A stretch of DNA of 64,000 nt. Source: Escherichia coli. GTDB taxonomy: Bacteria > Pseudomonadota > Gammaproteobacteria > Enterobacterales > Enterobacteriaceae. Shown here piece by piece: positions 11,515-21,716 of the stretch. The first letter of the stretch is position 1, and the number at the start of each line of letters is the position of its first letter. Where the stretch lies: the NCBI RefSeq assembly GCF_003334255.1, contig NZ_QOWU01000007.1; one strand, 5' to 3'. The notes under the pieces are model-generated. The model was not told the origin of the DNA and searched no databases. It saw only the letters and a list, made by a program, of their open reading frames with translations. The translations under genes were made by a program, and so were the position numbers.

Positions 11515-12888
11515 ATGTCTGTACAGCAAATCGACTGGGATCTGGCCCTGATCCAGAAATATAACTATTCCGGGCCACGATACACCTCGTACCCGACCGC
11601 GCTGGAGTTTTCAGAAGACTTCGGCGAACAGGCGTTTTTACAAGCCGTGGCGCGCTATCCTGAGCGTCCATTATCTCTCTACGTACATATCCCGTTCTGC
11701 CATAAGCTTTGTTACTTCTGCGGTTGCAATAAGATTGTTACTCGCCAGCAGCACAAGGCCGATCAGTATCTGGACGCGCTGGAGCAAGAAATCGTCCATC
11801 GTGCACCGCTGTTCGCCGGGCGTCACGTCAGCCAATTGCACTGGGGCGGCGGAACGCCGACGTATCTGAATAAAGCGCAAATCAGCCGCCTGATGAAGCT
11901 GCTGCGCGAAAACTTCCAGTTCAATGCCGATGCGGAGATTTCGATCGAAGTCGATCCGCGGGAAATCGAACTGGATGTACTCGATCATTTACGCGCCGAA
12001 GGCTTTAATCGCCTGAGCATGGGCGTGCAGGACTTCAACAAAGAAGTGCAACGTCTGGTTAACCGCGAGCAGGATGAAGAGTTCATCTTTGCACTGCTTA
12101 ACCATGCGCGTGAGATTGGTTTTACCTCCACCAACATCGACCTGATTTACGGCCTGCCGAAACAGACGCCGGAGAGTTTCGCCTTTACCCTGAAACGTGT
12201 GGCGGAGCTGAACCCCGATCGTCTGAGTGTCTTTAACTACGCGCATCTGCCGACCATTTTTGCTGCTCAGCGCAAAATCAAAGATGCTGACCTGCCGAGT
12301 CCGCAGCAAAAACTCGATATCCTGCAGGAAACCATCGCCTTCCTGACGCAATCGGGCTATCAGTTTATCGGTATGGATCACTTTGCCCGTCCGGATGACG
12401 AGCTGGCGGTGGCCCAGCGTGAAGGCGTGCTGCATCGTAACTTCCAGGGCTACACCACTCAGGGCGATACCGATCTGCTGGGGATGGGCGTTTCCGCCAT
12501 CAGCATGATTGGCGACTGCTACGCGCAGAACCAGAAAGAGTTGAAGCAGTACTATCAGCAAGTGGATGAACAAGGCAATGCGCTGTGGCGTGGTATTGCG
12601 CTAACGCGTGATGACTGTATTCGCCGCGATGTGATTAAGTCGCTCATCTGCAACTTCCGTCTGGATTACGCCCCTATTGAGAAACAGTGGGATTTGCACT
12701 TCGCTGATTACTTTGCGGAAGATCTCAAGCTGCTCGCCCCGTTAGCAAAAGATGGGCTGGTGGATGTGGATGAGAAGGGAATACAGGTGACGGCGAAAGG
12801 TCGCTTGCTGATCCGCAACATTTGCATGTGCTTTGATACCTATCTGCGCCAGAAAGCGCGGATGCAGCAGTTCTCTCGGGTGATTTAA
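11515..12888 (+). CDS. hemN: Oxygen-independent coproporphyrinogen III dehydrogenase HemN (radical SAM)
   Basis: Radical-SAM CxxxCxxC motif (CHKLCYFCGC). Start set to the second Met of the track ORF, giving 457 aa. Confidence 0.95.
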   Translation: MSVQQIDWDLALIQKYNYSGPRYTSYPTALEFSEDFGEQAFLQAVARYPERPLSLYVHIPFCHKLCYFCGCNKIVTRQQHKADQYLDALEQEIVHRAPLFAGRHVSQLHWGGGTPTYLNKAQISRLMKLLRENFQFNADAEISIEVDPREIELDVLDHLRAEGFNRLSMGVQDFNKEVQRLVNREQDEEFIFALLNHAREIGFTSTNIDLIYGLPKQTPESFAFTLKRVAELNPDRLSVFNYAHLPTIFAAQRKIKDADLPSPQQKLDILQETIAFLTQSGYQFIGMDHFARPDDELAVAQREGVLHRNFQGYTTQGDTDLLGMGVSAISMIGDCYAQNQKELKQYYQQVDEQGNALWRGIALTRDDCIRRDVIKSLICNFRLDYAPIEKQWDLHFADYFAEDLKLLAPLAKDGLVDVDEKGIQVTAKGRLLIRNICMCFDTYLRQKARMQQFSRVI

Positions 12889-12995
12889 ATAGTGAATGGC
12901 GCTTCGTTTACAAAGTAGAAAACGAAAGCGCCATCAATGTGCTGAGAACAAGATTGCCTGATGCGCTGGGCAACAAAACCTGTTGAAATTATTGC

Positions 12996-13103
12996 TTTTG
13001 TAGGCCGGATAAGGCGTTTACGCCGCATCAGGCATCTGAGCATGATGCCTGATGCGGCGCTGGTCGCGTCTTATCAGGCCTACGACTTTCTCCGCATCCG
13101 GCA
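12996..13103. repeat. REP/BIME cluster
   Basis: Repeated GTAGGCCGGATAAGGCGTTTACGCCGCATCAGGC-type palindromic units in alternating orientation. Confidence 0.85.
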
Positions 13104-13116
13104 TAAACAACGAGCT

Positions 13117-13227
13117 TCAGCTAAACAGCCCAATCATTGCGGCACACAGCACGGCAGCAACGGCAGTTTGCGGTGTGTGGCTGTCAACTGCGCCACTCGA
13201 TACCAGATTAATTATTGATTCCAGCAT
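13117..13227 (-). CDS. yshB: Small protein YshB (36 aa, hydrophobic C-terminus)
   Basis: Reverse-strand ORF ATG...TGA encoding MLESIINLVSSGAVDSHTPQTAVAAVLCAAMIGLFS, preceded by GGGGAGAG about 6 nt upstream. Not in the supplied track (below its size cutoff). Confidence 0.7.
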   Translation of the reverse strand: MLESIINLVSSGAVDSHTPQTAVAAVLCAAMIGLFS

Positions 13228-13338
13228 AATGACTCTCCCCGTTTTCCGGGCAAGATCATACTGAACTTATCGGAACAGTAAAGCGTAAAATACCAGCAAT
13301 TTGCGCTCAATAATCAATCTTTACACACAAGCTGTGAA

Positions 13339-14748
13339 TCACTCCATCCCCAGCTCTTTTAACTTACGCGTCAGGGTGTTGCGGCCCCAGCCGAGTAGCC
13401 GCGCCGCTTCCTGTTTATGCCCCTGCGTATGTCGCAACGCGGTCGTCAGTAACGTCCGCTCCAGCTCTGGCTGCGCTTCGGAAAGCAGATTTTGATGACC
13501 GGAACGCAGCGCTCTGTCTGCCCACTGCGCAAGAAGCGTCGCCCAGCTGTCCGGTTGCATTTGCGAAGTACTCTCCGCAACCGTTGATTCAAACAGTTCG
13601 CCGGGCAAATCCTGAATCAACACTTCCTGCCCGGCGGCCATCACCGTTAGCCAGCGGCAGGTGTTTTCCAGCTGGCGCACGTTGCCTGGCCACGCCAGAC
13701 GCGTCAGAGCAGCTTCGGTTTCCGGATGCAGTAACTTCGCTTCTACGCCCAGTTCGCGCGCGGCAACCTGTAAAAAATGGCGCGCCAGACGGGGAATATC
13801 TTCCCGACGTTCGCGCAGCGGCGGCAGATGAACGCGGATAACGTTCAGGCGGTGGAACAGATCCTCACGGAACTTACCTTCCTGCACTCGCTGTTCGAGA
13901 TTCTGGTGAGTGGCAGCGATAATCCGCACATCCACTTTCACCGGCGCATAGCCGCCAACGCGGTAAAACTGACCGTCTGCCAGCACGCGCAGCAAACGCG
14001 TCTGCACATCCAGCGGCATATCACCAATTTCGTCGAGGAATAATGTACCGCCATCGGCCTGTTCAAAACGCCCCTGACGAATGGTATTCGCGCCAGTAAA
14101 CGCGCCTTTCTCGTGGCCAAACAGTTCTGATTCGATCAAATCTTTTGGGATAGCTGCCATATTCAGCGCGATAAACGGCGCTTTGGCGCGCGGACTGTGG
14201 CGATGCAGGGCATGAGCGACCAGTTCTTTACCGGTGCCGGATTCGCCGTTAATCAGCACGCTAATAGAAGAACGCGAAAGCCGACCGATAATACGGAACA
14301 CGTCCTGCATGGCTGGCGCTTCGCCGATGATATCGGTCGTTGGGCCGTTAAGCTGAACATTACGCGGCTGCTGCTGTTCCTGGTAATGACTGATAGCGCG
14401 CTCAACCAGCGCCACTGCTTCGTCGATATCAAACGGTTTGGGCAGATAATCAAACGCCCCTTGTTGATAGGCGCTGACGGCAGCATCCAGATCGGAATGT
14501 GCGGTCATAATGATGACCGGAAGCATTGGATGGCGCTGTTTAATCTGCTTGAGCAGCGCCAGCCCGTCCATTCCCGGCATACGGATATCTGAAAGCAGCA
14601 CATCCGGCGTTTTGCTCGCCAGCGCCTCCAGCACTTCTGCGCCGTTCTCAAACGTCGTACAGGTTAAACCTGCCCCAGCGAGCGCACGTTCAAGCACCCA
14701 ACGGATGGAACTATCGTCATCGACTACCCAGACTATCCCTCGTTGCAT
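13339..14748 (-). CDS. glnG: Nitrogen regulation response regulator NtrC (sigma54-dependent activator)
   Basis: Track ORF trimmed to [23 protein letters not shown] (469 aa). Receiver domain, AAA+ sigma54-interaction domain ([14 protein letters not shown]) and C-terminal HTH. Confidence 0.97.
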   Translation of the reverse strand: MQRGIVWVVDDDSSIRWVLERALAGAGLTCTTFENGAEVLEALASKTPDVLLSDIRMPGMDGLALLKQIKQRHPMLPVIIMTAHSDLDAAVSAYQQGAFDYLPKPFDIDEAVALVERAISHYQEQQQPRNVQLNGPTTDIIGEAPAMQDVFRIIGRLSRSSISVLINGESGTGKELVAHALHRHSPRAKAPFIALNMAAIPKDLIESELFGHEKGAFTGANTIRQGRFEQADGGTLFLDEIGDMPLDVQTRLLRVLADGQFYRVGGYAPVKVDVRIIAATHQNLEQRVQEGKFREDLFHRLNVIRVHLPPLRERREDIPRLARHFLQVAARELGVEAKLLHPETEAALTRLAWPGNVRQLENTCRWLTVMAAGQEVLIQDLPGELFESTVAESTSQMQPDSWATLLAQWADRALRSGHQNLLSEAQPELERTLLTTALRHTQGHKQEAARLLGWGRNTLTRKLKELGME

Positions 14749-14759
14749 AAACGTCACCT

Positions 14760-15809
14760 TTATTTCCTGATAGGCAGGTAAACCGAGAACTCGGTATGCC
14801 CTGGCCAACTGGTAAATTCAATTTTGCCTGAATGCTGATCAATCAAATTACGAGCGATGGATAAGCCAAGCCCGGTGCCACCTTCGCGGCCGCTGACCAT
14901 CGGGTAAAACAGCGTATCCTGCAAATGAGGCGGAATGCCCGGCCCGTTATCTTCCACATCAATCCGCGCCGCCAGCCGGTAGCGCTCGCCGTGTAAGGTC
15001 AGTTGAAACGCGGTGCGGGTACGCAGAATGATTTCACCGCCTTCCGGCCCCAGCGCCTGTAGCGCATTGCGCACAATATTCAGCAAGACCTGTTCAATTT
15101 GATCCGGGTCGTGCGCCAGTTCCGGTAGGCTGGGATCGTAATCACGAATCAACCGCACGTTGTCCGGCAGTTCCATCGACACCAGCGTTACCACGCGTTC
15201 AGCCACTTTGTGAATACTTTCGGTAACGCGCGTACCGGGCAGCTGCGGCCCCAACAGACGGTCGACCAGATTTCGCAGCCGGTCCGCCTGTTCGATAATC
15301 ACTTTGGTATATTCGAGTAGTGATGGGTCAGGTAACGCTTTGCTGAGCAGCTGCGCCGCGCCACGTAAACCGCCAAGCGGATTTTTAATCTCATGTGCCA
15401 GGCCGCGCACTAAATCACGGGCAGCAACCTGCTGGGCGTGCTGTAGCTGTTCCTGACTTAAGCGGCGCTGGTTATCCATCGGAGCCATCTCCAGCAGGAT
15501 CATGCCGTCCGGCATACGCTGGGCCGTCACAGAAAGGATATGCGAGCGCCCGTCGATGACCAGCGTCACTTCGTTATCGGTAAAACCTTGCCCCGCCTCC
15601 AGACTTTCTTGCATCAGCTCGATATTTAATGAGAAGTAGCTCAACAGTTCCGGTAACGGTGTACCAAACAATTTGCGGGAGCTTTGGGCGAGCAGTTGTT
15701 GCGCGGCAGGGTTGGCGTAATGGATCGCCAGGTTGTCATCGATTAACAAAATACTGTTAATCAGCGAGTTGAGGATCTGCCCAGCATCGGGCTGCGTGCC
15801 TGTTGCCAT
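14760..15809 (-). CDS. glnL: Nitrogen regulation sensor histidine kinase NtrB
   Basis: 349-aa ORF with H-box ([11 protein letters not shown]) and ATPase G-boxes (GTGLGLSIA). Confidence 0.97.
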
Positions 15810-15828
15810 AAAGCAGTCTCCTGAACAG

Positions 15829-15845
15829 GTTGCACCATTTTAGTG
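15829..15845. promoter_or_regulatory. NtrC-type dyad site (TGCACC-N5-AGTGCA) at the glnL promoter
   Basis: TGCACCATTTTAGTGCA dyad immediately upstream of the glnL start. Confidence 0.6.
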
Positions 15846-15959
15846 CATTATAGCTTTTTACGGATAAAAAGCGCGAAGCATCAGAGAATTGACGGAGAAA
15901 AAAGCCCATGCAGAGATGGGCTACAGATAGCTGACAAACTTCACGTTGGAGAGCGACTC

Positions 15960-16027
15960 ACCTGCTCCGGCCTACCACATCATCACCGTGTAGGCCGGAT
16001 AAGACGCATTTGCGTCGCATCCGGCGT
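15960..16027. repeat. REP elements in the glnA-glnL intergenic region
   Basis: GTGTAGGCCGGATAAGACGCATTTGCGTCGCATCCGGCG palindromic unit. Confidence 0.8.
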
Positions 16028-16094
16028 GATGTGCTTGCCACCGATCCCAGGCCTGCCAGAGACAGGCGAAAAGTTTCCACGGCAACTAAAACAC

Positions 16095-17504
16095 TTAGAC
16101 GCTGTAGTACAGCTCAAACTCTACCGGATGCGGAGTCATACGCACGCGGTCATCTTCTTCGCGACGCAGAGCGATGTACGCATCAATTGCTTCGTCAGTG
16201 AACACGCCACCGGCTTTCAGGAACTCGCGGTCCAGATCCAGTTCGTTCAGTGCTTCTTCCAGAGAGCCTGCAACCTGTGGGATCTCTTTCGCTTCTTCTG
16301 GCGGCAGGTCATACAGGTTTTTGTCCATGGCTTCGCCCGGATGGATCTTGTTCTTGATACCATCAAGACCGGCCATCAGCAGGGCAGCAAAGCACAGGTA
16401 CGGGTTAGCTGCCGGATCCGGGAAACGTACTTCGATACGACGTGCTTTCGGAGAAGAAACCACCGGAATACGGATAGACGCAGAACGGTTACGCGCAGAG
16501 TAAGCCAGCATTACCGGTGCTTCATAGCCCGGGACCAGACGCTTATAAGAGTTGGTGGTCGGGTTTGCCAGGGCGTTAATCGCTTTAGCGTGTTTGATTA
16601 CGCCGCCAATGTAGTACAGCGCCTGCTCAGACAGACCTGCGTATTTGTCGCCTGCGAACAGGTTAACGCCGTTTTTAGACAGAGACATGTGGCAGTGCAT
16701 ACCGGAGCCGTTATCACCGAACATCGGTTTTGGCATAAAGGTCGCGGTTTTACCGAAGCGGTGCGCTACGTTGTGCACAACATATTTGTAGATCTGAATT
16801 TCGTCAGCTTTTTTGGTCATGGTATTGAAGCGGGTAGCCACTTCGTTCTGACCAGCAGTCGCTACTTCGTGGTGATGGGCTTCAACCACCAGACCCATCT
16901 GTTCCATCACCAGACACATTTCAGAACGAATATCCTGAGCCGAGTCTACCGGTGGAACCGGGAAGTAACCGCCTTTCACTGCCGGACGGTGACCTTTGTT
17001 ACCACCTTCGTATTGGGTGGAGGAGTTCCATGCGCCTTCGATATCGTCGATAGCAACGTGGGAACCGGAGATAGATGATCCGAAACGGATGTCATCGAAC
17101 AGGAAGAATTCAGGTTCTGGCCCGAACAGTACGGTGTCGGCAATGCCAGTGGAACGCAGGTAATCTTCGGCGCGCTTCGCAATGGAGCGCGGGTCACGGT
17201 CATAGCCTTGCAGGGTGCCAGGTTCAAGGATGTCGCAACGGATAATCAGGGTGGAGTCGGCGAAGAACGGGTCAATCACTGCGGTGGATGCGTCTGGCAT
17301 CAGCACCATGTCGGACTCGTTAATGCCTTTCCAGCCGCCAATCGAGGAGCCGTCAAACATTTTGCCTTCTTCGAAGAATTCAGCATTCACCTGATGAGCA
17401 GGGATAGTGACGTGCTGTTCTTTACCTTTAGTATCGGTGAAGCGCAAATCAACAAACTTCACTTCGTGCTCGTTCAGCATCGTCAGTACGTGTTCAGCGG
17501 ACAT
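16095..17504 (-). CDS. glnA: Glutamine synthetase (type I)
   Basis: 469-aa ORF with GS signatures and the adenylylation-site region (...NLYDLPPEE...). Confidence 0.98.
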
Positions 17505-17588
17505 ACTTTAACTCTCCTGGATTGGTCATGGTCGTCGTGGTAACGAAATCTGCAATTATTTTGGCCGTGTCGCCGTAAAAAAGATAAA

Positions 17589-17606
17589 GCGAAATCTGTG
17601 CCAACT
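17589..17606 (-). promoter_or_regulatory. sigma54 (-24/-12) promoter glnAp2
   Basis: Reverse strand reads TTGGCACAGATTTCGCT (GG-N10-GC spacing), about 85 bp upstream of the glnA ATG. Confidence 0.8.
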
Positions 17607-17635
17607 TTTAAATTGCCCCTAAAAGGCGTTATCAT

Positions 17636-17727
17636 GCGCACCATCGTGCAAAAGGGCTGCACCACGATGTGAATGTTGCACCAATATAGTGCTTCAATGG
17701 AAACATTAAGCACCATGTTGGTGCAAT
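17636..17727. promoter_or_regulatory. NtrC enhancer sites upstream of glnA
   Basis: Multiple TGCACC-N5-GGTGCA-like dyads (GCACCATGTTGGTGCA, TTGCACCAATATAGTGC, TGCACCACGATG). Confidence 0.8.
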
Positions 17728-17876
17728 GACCTTTGGATAACCCTTTTTATGCTCCGTGAAAGCGATCACAAAGGGACTCTGCAATACTTGTTTGCGGAGG
17801 ATGTTTGTGATCCTGTTTTGTAGTGCGATTAATCCGTGTACAATAACGCGCTATTTCTAATGCCTGAGGCAAAGTT

Positions 17877-19700
17877 GTGATCGAAAAATTGCGTAATATC
17901 GCCATCATCGCGCACGTAGACCATGGTAAAACCACCCTGGTAGACAAGCTGCTCCAACAATCCGGTACGTTCGACTCTCGTGCCGAAACCCAAGAGCGCG
18001 TGATGGACTCCAACGATTTGGAGAAAGAGCGTGGGATTACCATCCTCGCGAAAAACACCGCTATCAAATGGAATGATTACCGTATCAACATCGTTGATAC
18101 CCCGGGGCACGCCGACTTCGGTGGTGAAGTTGAACGTGTAATGTCCATGGTAGACTCAGTGCTGCTGGTGGTTGACGCATTTGACGGCCCGATGCCGCAA
18201 ACGCGCTTCGTAACCAAAAAAGCGTTTGCTTACGGCCTGAAGCCGATTGTTGTTATCAACAAAGTTGACCGCCCTGGCGCGCGTCCTGATTGGGTTGTGG
18301 ATCAGGTATTCGATCTGTTCGTTAACCTCGACGCGACCGACGAGCAGCTGGACTTCCCGATCGTTTACGCTTCTGCGCTGAACGGTATCGCGGGTCTGGA
18401 CCACGAAGATATGGCGGAAGACATGACCCCGCTGTACCAGGCGATTGTTGACCACGTTCCTGCGCCGGACGTTGACCTTGACGGTCCGTTCCAGATGCAG
18501 ATTTCTCAGCTCGATTACAACAGCTATGTTGGCGTTATCGGCATTGGCCGCATCAAGCGCGGTAAAGTGAAGCCGAACCAGCAGGTCACTATCATCGATA
18601 GCGAAGGCAAAACCCGCAACGCGAAAGTCGGTAAAGTGCTGGGCCACCTCGGTCTGGAACGTATCGAAACCGATCTGGCGGAAGCTGGCGATATCGTTGC
18701 GATCACGGGCCTTGGCGAACTGAACATTTCTGACACCGTTTGCGACACGCAAAACGTTGAAGCGCTGCCGGCACTCTCCGTTGATGAGCCGACCGTTTCT
18801 ATGTTCTTCTGCGTTAACACCTCGCCGTTCTGCGGTAAAGAAGGTAAGTTCGTAACGTCTCGTCAGATCCTGGATCGTCTGAACAAAGAACTGGTACACA
18901 ACGTTGCGCTGCGCGTAGAAGAAACCGAAGACGCCGATGCGTTCCGCGTTTCTGGTCGTGGCGAACTGCACCTGTCTGTTCTGATCGAAAACATGCGTCG
19001 TGAAGGTTTCGAACTGGCGGTATCCCGTCCGAAAGTTATCTTCCGTGAAATCGACGGTCGTAAACAAGAGCCGTATGAAAACGTGACTCTGGACGTTGAA
19101 GAACAGCATCAGGGTTCTGTAATGCAGGCGCTGGGCGAACGTAAAGGCGACCTGAAAAACATGAATCCAGACGGTAAAGGCCGCGTACGTCTCGACTACG
19201 TGATCCCAAGCCGTGGTCTGATTGGCTTCCGTTCTGAGTTCATGACCATGACTTCCGGTACTGGTCTGCTGTACTCCACCTTCAGCCACTACGACGACGT
19301 ACGTCCGGGTGAAGTGGGTCAGCGTCAGAACGGCGTACTGATCTCTAACGGTCAGGGTAAAGCGGTCGCGTTCGCGCTGTTCGGTCTGCAGGATCGCGGT
19401 AAGCTGTTCCTCGGTCACGGTGCAGAAGTTTACGAAGGTCAGATTATCGGTATTCATAGCCGCTCTAACGACCTGACTGTAAACTGCCTGACCGGTAAGA
19501 AACTGACCAACATGCGTGCTTCCGGTACTGACGAAGCCGTTGTTCTGGTTCCGCCTATCCGCATGACTCTGGAACAAGCTCTGGAGTTCATCGATGATGA
19601 CGAACTGGTAGAAGTGACTCCGACCTCTATCCGTATTCGTAAACGTCACCTGACGGAAAACGATCGTCGCCGCGCCAACCGCGCACCGAAAGACGATTAA
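17877..19700 (+). CDS. typA: Ribosome-associated translational GTPase BipA/TypA
   Basis: 607-aa ORF with a GTG start. EF-G-like GTPase ([21 protein letters not shown]). Confidence 0.97.
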   Translation: MIEKLRNIAIIAHVDHGKTTLVDKLLQQSGTFDSRAETQERVMDSNDLEKERGITILAKNTAIKWNDYRINIVDTPGHADFGGEVERVMSMVDSVLLVVDAFDGPMPQTRFVTKKAFAYGLKPIVVINKVDRPGARPDWVVDQVFDLFVNLDATDEQLDFPIVYASALNGIAGLDHEDMAEDMTPLYQAIVDHVPAPDVDLDGPFQMQISQLDYNSYVGVIGIGRIKRGKVKPNQQVTIIDSEGKTRNAKVGKVLGHLGLERIETDLAEAGDIVAITGLGELNISDTVCDTQNVEALPALSVDEPTVSMFFCVNTSPFCGKEGKFVTSRQILDRLNKELVHNVALRVEETEDADAFRVSGRGELHLSVLIENMRREGFELAVSRPKVIFREIDGRKQEPYENVTLDVEEQHQGSVMQALGERKGDLKNMNPDGKGRVRLDYVIPSRGLIGFRSEFMTMTSGTGLLYSTFSHYDDVRPGEVGQRQNGVLISNGQGKAVAFALFGLQDRGKLFLGHGAEVYEGQIIGIHSRSNDLTVNCLTGKKLTNMRASGTDEAVVLVPPIRMTLEQALEFIDDDELVEVTPTSIRIRKRHLTENDRRRANRAPKDD

Positions 19701-19716
19701 TTTCGTTTTTTAGTCA

Positions 19717-19751
19717 TAAAAAACCTGCCAGCGATGGCAGGTTTTTTTTTG
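19717..19751 (+). terminator. Rho-independent terminator after typA
   Basis: AAAAACCTGCCAGCGATGGCAGGTTTTTTTTTG. Confidence 0.85.
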
Positions 19752-19916
19752 CCTGTCGTGAGCGCACACCAATGCGAGTATCTCCCTTATAAGTCTGTGG
19801 TTACGTCAATAGAGAGCTTTGTCACAATTATCTGCAAAGTCATACGCCGTTAATTGCTTTCTTTTTTGGCGTAAGCGTAAGATGCTTCATCTGGTTTAAA
19901 CCAAAAGGATTAAACA

Positions 19917-20627
19917 ATGGCGGAGAATCAATCCACCGTAGAAAATGCAAAAGAGAAACTGGATCGGTGGTTGAAAGATGGCATCACCACGCCGGGTGGA
20001 AAACTCCCTTCAGAAAGAGAGCTGGGAGAACTGCTGGGCATTAAACGTATGACGCTGCGCCAGGCGTTGTTGAACCTCGAGGCAGAATCCAAAATCTTCC
20101 GTAAGGATCGTAAGGGGTGGTTCGTGACCCAGCCGCGATTTAATTACAGTCCGGAGCTGTCGGCGAGCTTTCAGCGGGCCGCAATTGAGCAAGGGCGAGA
20201 GCCTTCCTGGGGGTTTACCGAGAAAAACCGTACCAGCGATATTCCCGAGACGCTCGCGCCACTGATTGCAGTGACGCCATCAACTGAACTCTATCGCATC
20301 ACCGGCTGGGGGGCGCTGGAAGGACATAAAGTTTTCTATCACGAAACATATATTAATCCTGAAGTTGCTCCGGGCTTTATTGAACAACTTGAAAACCACT
20401 CATTTTCTGCAGTCTGGGAAAAGTGCTACCAAAAAGAGACGGTAGTAAAAAAATTGATTTTCAAACCCGTCAGAATGCCGGGCGATATCAGCAAGTATCT
20501 TGGCGGTTCTGCGGGTATGCCAGCGATCTTAATTGAAAAGCATCGCGCCGACCAGCAAGGCAATATTGTCCAAATAGATATTGAATATTGGCGATTTGAG
20601 GCCGTAGACCTCATCATTAATCTGTAG
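19917..20627 (+). CDS. yihL: GntR-family transcriptional regulator (HTH plus UTRA effector domain)
   Basis: 236-aa ORF with an N-terminal GntR HTH (LPSERELGELLGIKRMTLRQAL). Confidence 0.85.
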   Translation: MAENQSTVENAKEKLDRWLKDGITTPGGKLPSERELGELLGIKRMTLRQALLNLEAESKIFRKDRKGWFVTQPRFNYSPELSASFQRAAIEQGREPSWGFTEKNRTSDIPETLAPLIAVTPSTELYRITGWGALEGHKVFYHETYINPEVAPGFIEQLENHSFSAVWEKCYQKETVVKKLIFKPVRMPGDISKYLGGSAGMPAILIEKHRADQQGNIVQIDIEYWRFEAVDLIINL

Positions 20628-20634
20628 GTGTTTT

Positions 20635-21615
20635 ATGGTGACAATAAATAACGCAAGAAAGATTCTACAACGTGTCGACACTCTTCCTCTTTATTTACAT
20701 GCTTATGCCTTTCATTTAAATATGCGGCTGGAAAGAGTGTTGCCTGCTGATTTACTTGATATCGCAAGTGAAAATAATCTACGTGGCGTCAAAATCCATG
20801 TTCTCGATGGCGAGCGTTTTTCTCTTGGTAATATGGACGATAAAGAACTCTCTGCCTTTGGGGATAAAGCCCGCCGTCTGAACCTTGATATTCATATTGA
20901 AACCAGCGCCTCAGATAAGGCATCTATTGACGAAGCCGTCGCCATCGCGTTGAAAACTGGGGCATCGTCCGTACGTTTTTATCCACGTTATGAAGGTAAT
21001 TTGCGCGACGTATTATCGATTATCGCTAACGACATTGCCTATGTACGGGAAACGTATCAGGACAGCGGCCTGACTTTTACGATCGAGCAGCATGAAGATT
21101 TAAAAAGTCATGAGCTGGTGTCGCTGGTCAAAGAAAGTGAGATGGAATCTCTTTCCTTACTGTTTGATTTTGCGAACATGATCAATGCAAATGAGCATCC
21201 CATCGACGCTTTAAAAACGATGGCACCGCATATTACCCAGGTCCATATCAAAGATGCCTTGATCGTTAAAGAACCGGGTGGCCTGGGTCATAAAGCCTGT
21301 ATTTCAGGTCAGGGTGATATGCCGTTCAAAGCGTTATTAACGCACCTTATCTGCCTGGGTGATGATGAGCCGCAGGTGACGGCATATGGCCTGGAAGAAG
21401 AGGTTGATTACTATGCGCCGGCGTTCCGCTTTGAAGACGAAGATGATAATCCGTGGATCCCTTATCGCCAGATGAGTGAAACACCATTGCCAGAAAATCA
21501 TTTACTGGATGCGCGGTTACGTAAAGAAAAAGAAGATGCAATTAATCAGATAAATCATGTGCGTAACGTACTACAACAAATCAAACAAGAGGCAAACCAT
21601 CTTCTGAACCACTAA
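20635..21615 (+). CDS. yihM: Sugar phosphate isomerase/epimerase (xylose-isomerase-like TIM barrel)
   Basis: 326-aa ORF, 8 bp downstream of yihL (operon). Confidence 0.8.
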   Translation: MVTINNARKILQRVDTLPLYLHAYAFHLNMRLERVLPADLLDIASENNLRGVKIHVLDGERFSLGNMDDKELSAFGDKARRLNLDIHIETSASDKASIDEAVAIALKTGASSVRFYPRYEGNLRDVLSIIANDIAYVRETYQDSGLTFTIEQHEDLKSHELVSLVKESEMESLSLLFDFANMINANEHPIDALKTMAPHITQVHIKDALIVKEPGGLGHKACISGQGDMPFKALLTHLICLGDDEPQVTAYGLEEEVDYYAPAFRFEDEDDNPWIPYRQMSETPLPENHLLDARLRKEKEDAINQINHVRNVLQQIKQEANHLLNH

Positions 21616-21716
21616 TAAGTTTTAACTCATACGCAGTTAATAAAACCATTCCATATGAATGGTCGGTATCTTATTGCCTTTAAAACAGTGATTTTAAAAA
21701 TCGCTTAGGGGATGTT

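Noticed and set aside
12996-13103. Possible CRISPR array or mobile-element ends suggested by repeated palindromic units here and at about eight other intergenic sites
   Set aside because: The units match the REP/BIME consensus (GCCGGATGCGGCGTGAACGCCTTATCCGGCCTAC), are scattered singly or in pairs in 3' intergenic regions, and lack regular spacing, unique spacers and nearby cas or transposase genes.
15843-17078. 411-aa forward-strand ORF overlapping glnL upstream and most of glnA
   Set aside because: Antisense to glutamine synthetase, with R/C/H-rich low-complexity translation and no RBS. Shadow ORF.
18156-19649. 497-aa reverse-strand ORF fully inside typA
   Set aside because: It is antisense to a highly conserved GTPase gene. 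The translation is R/H/F/V-rich with no recognisable motifs and no start context. This is a typical shadow ORF produced by the codon bias of the sense gene.
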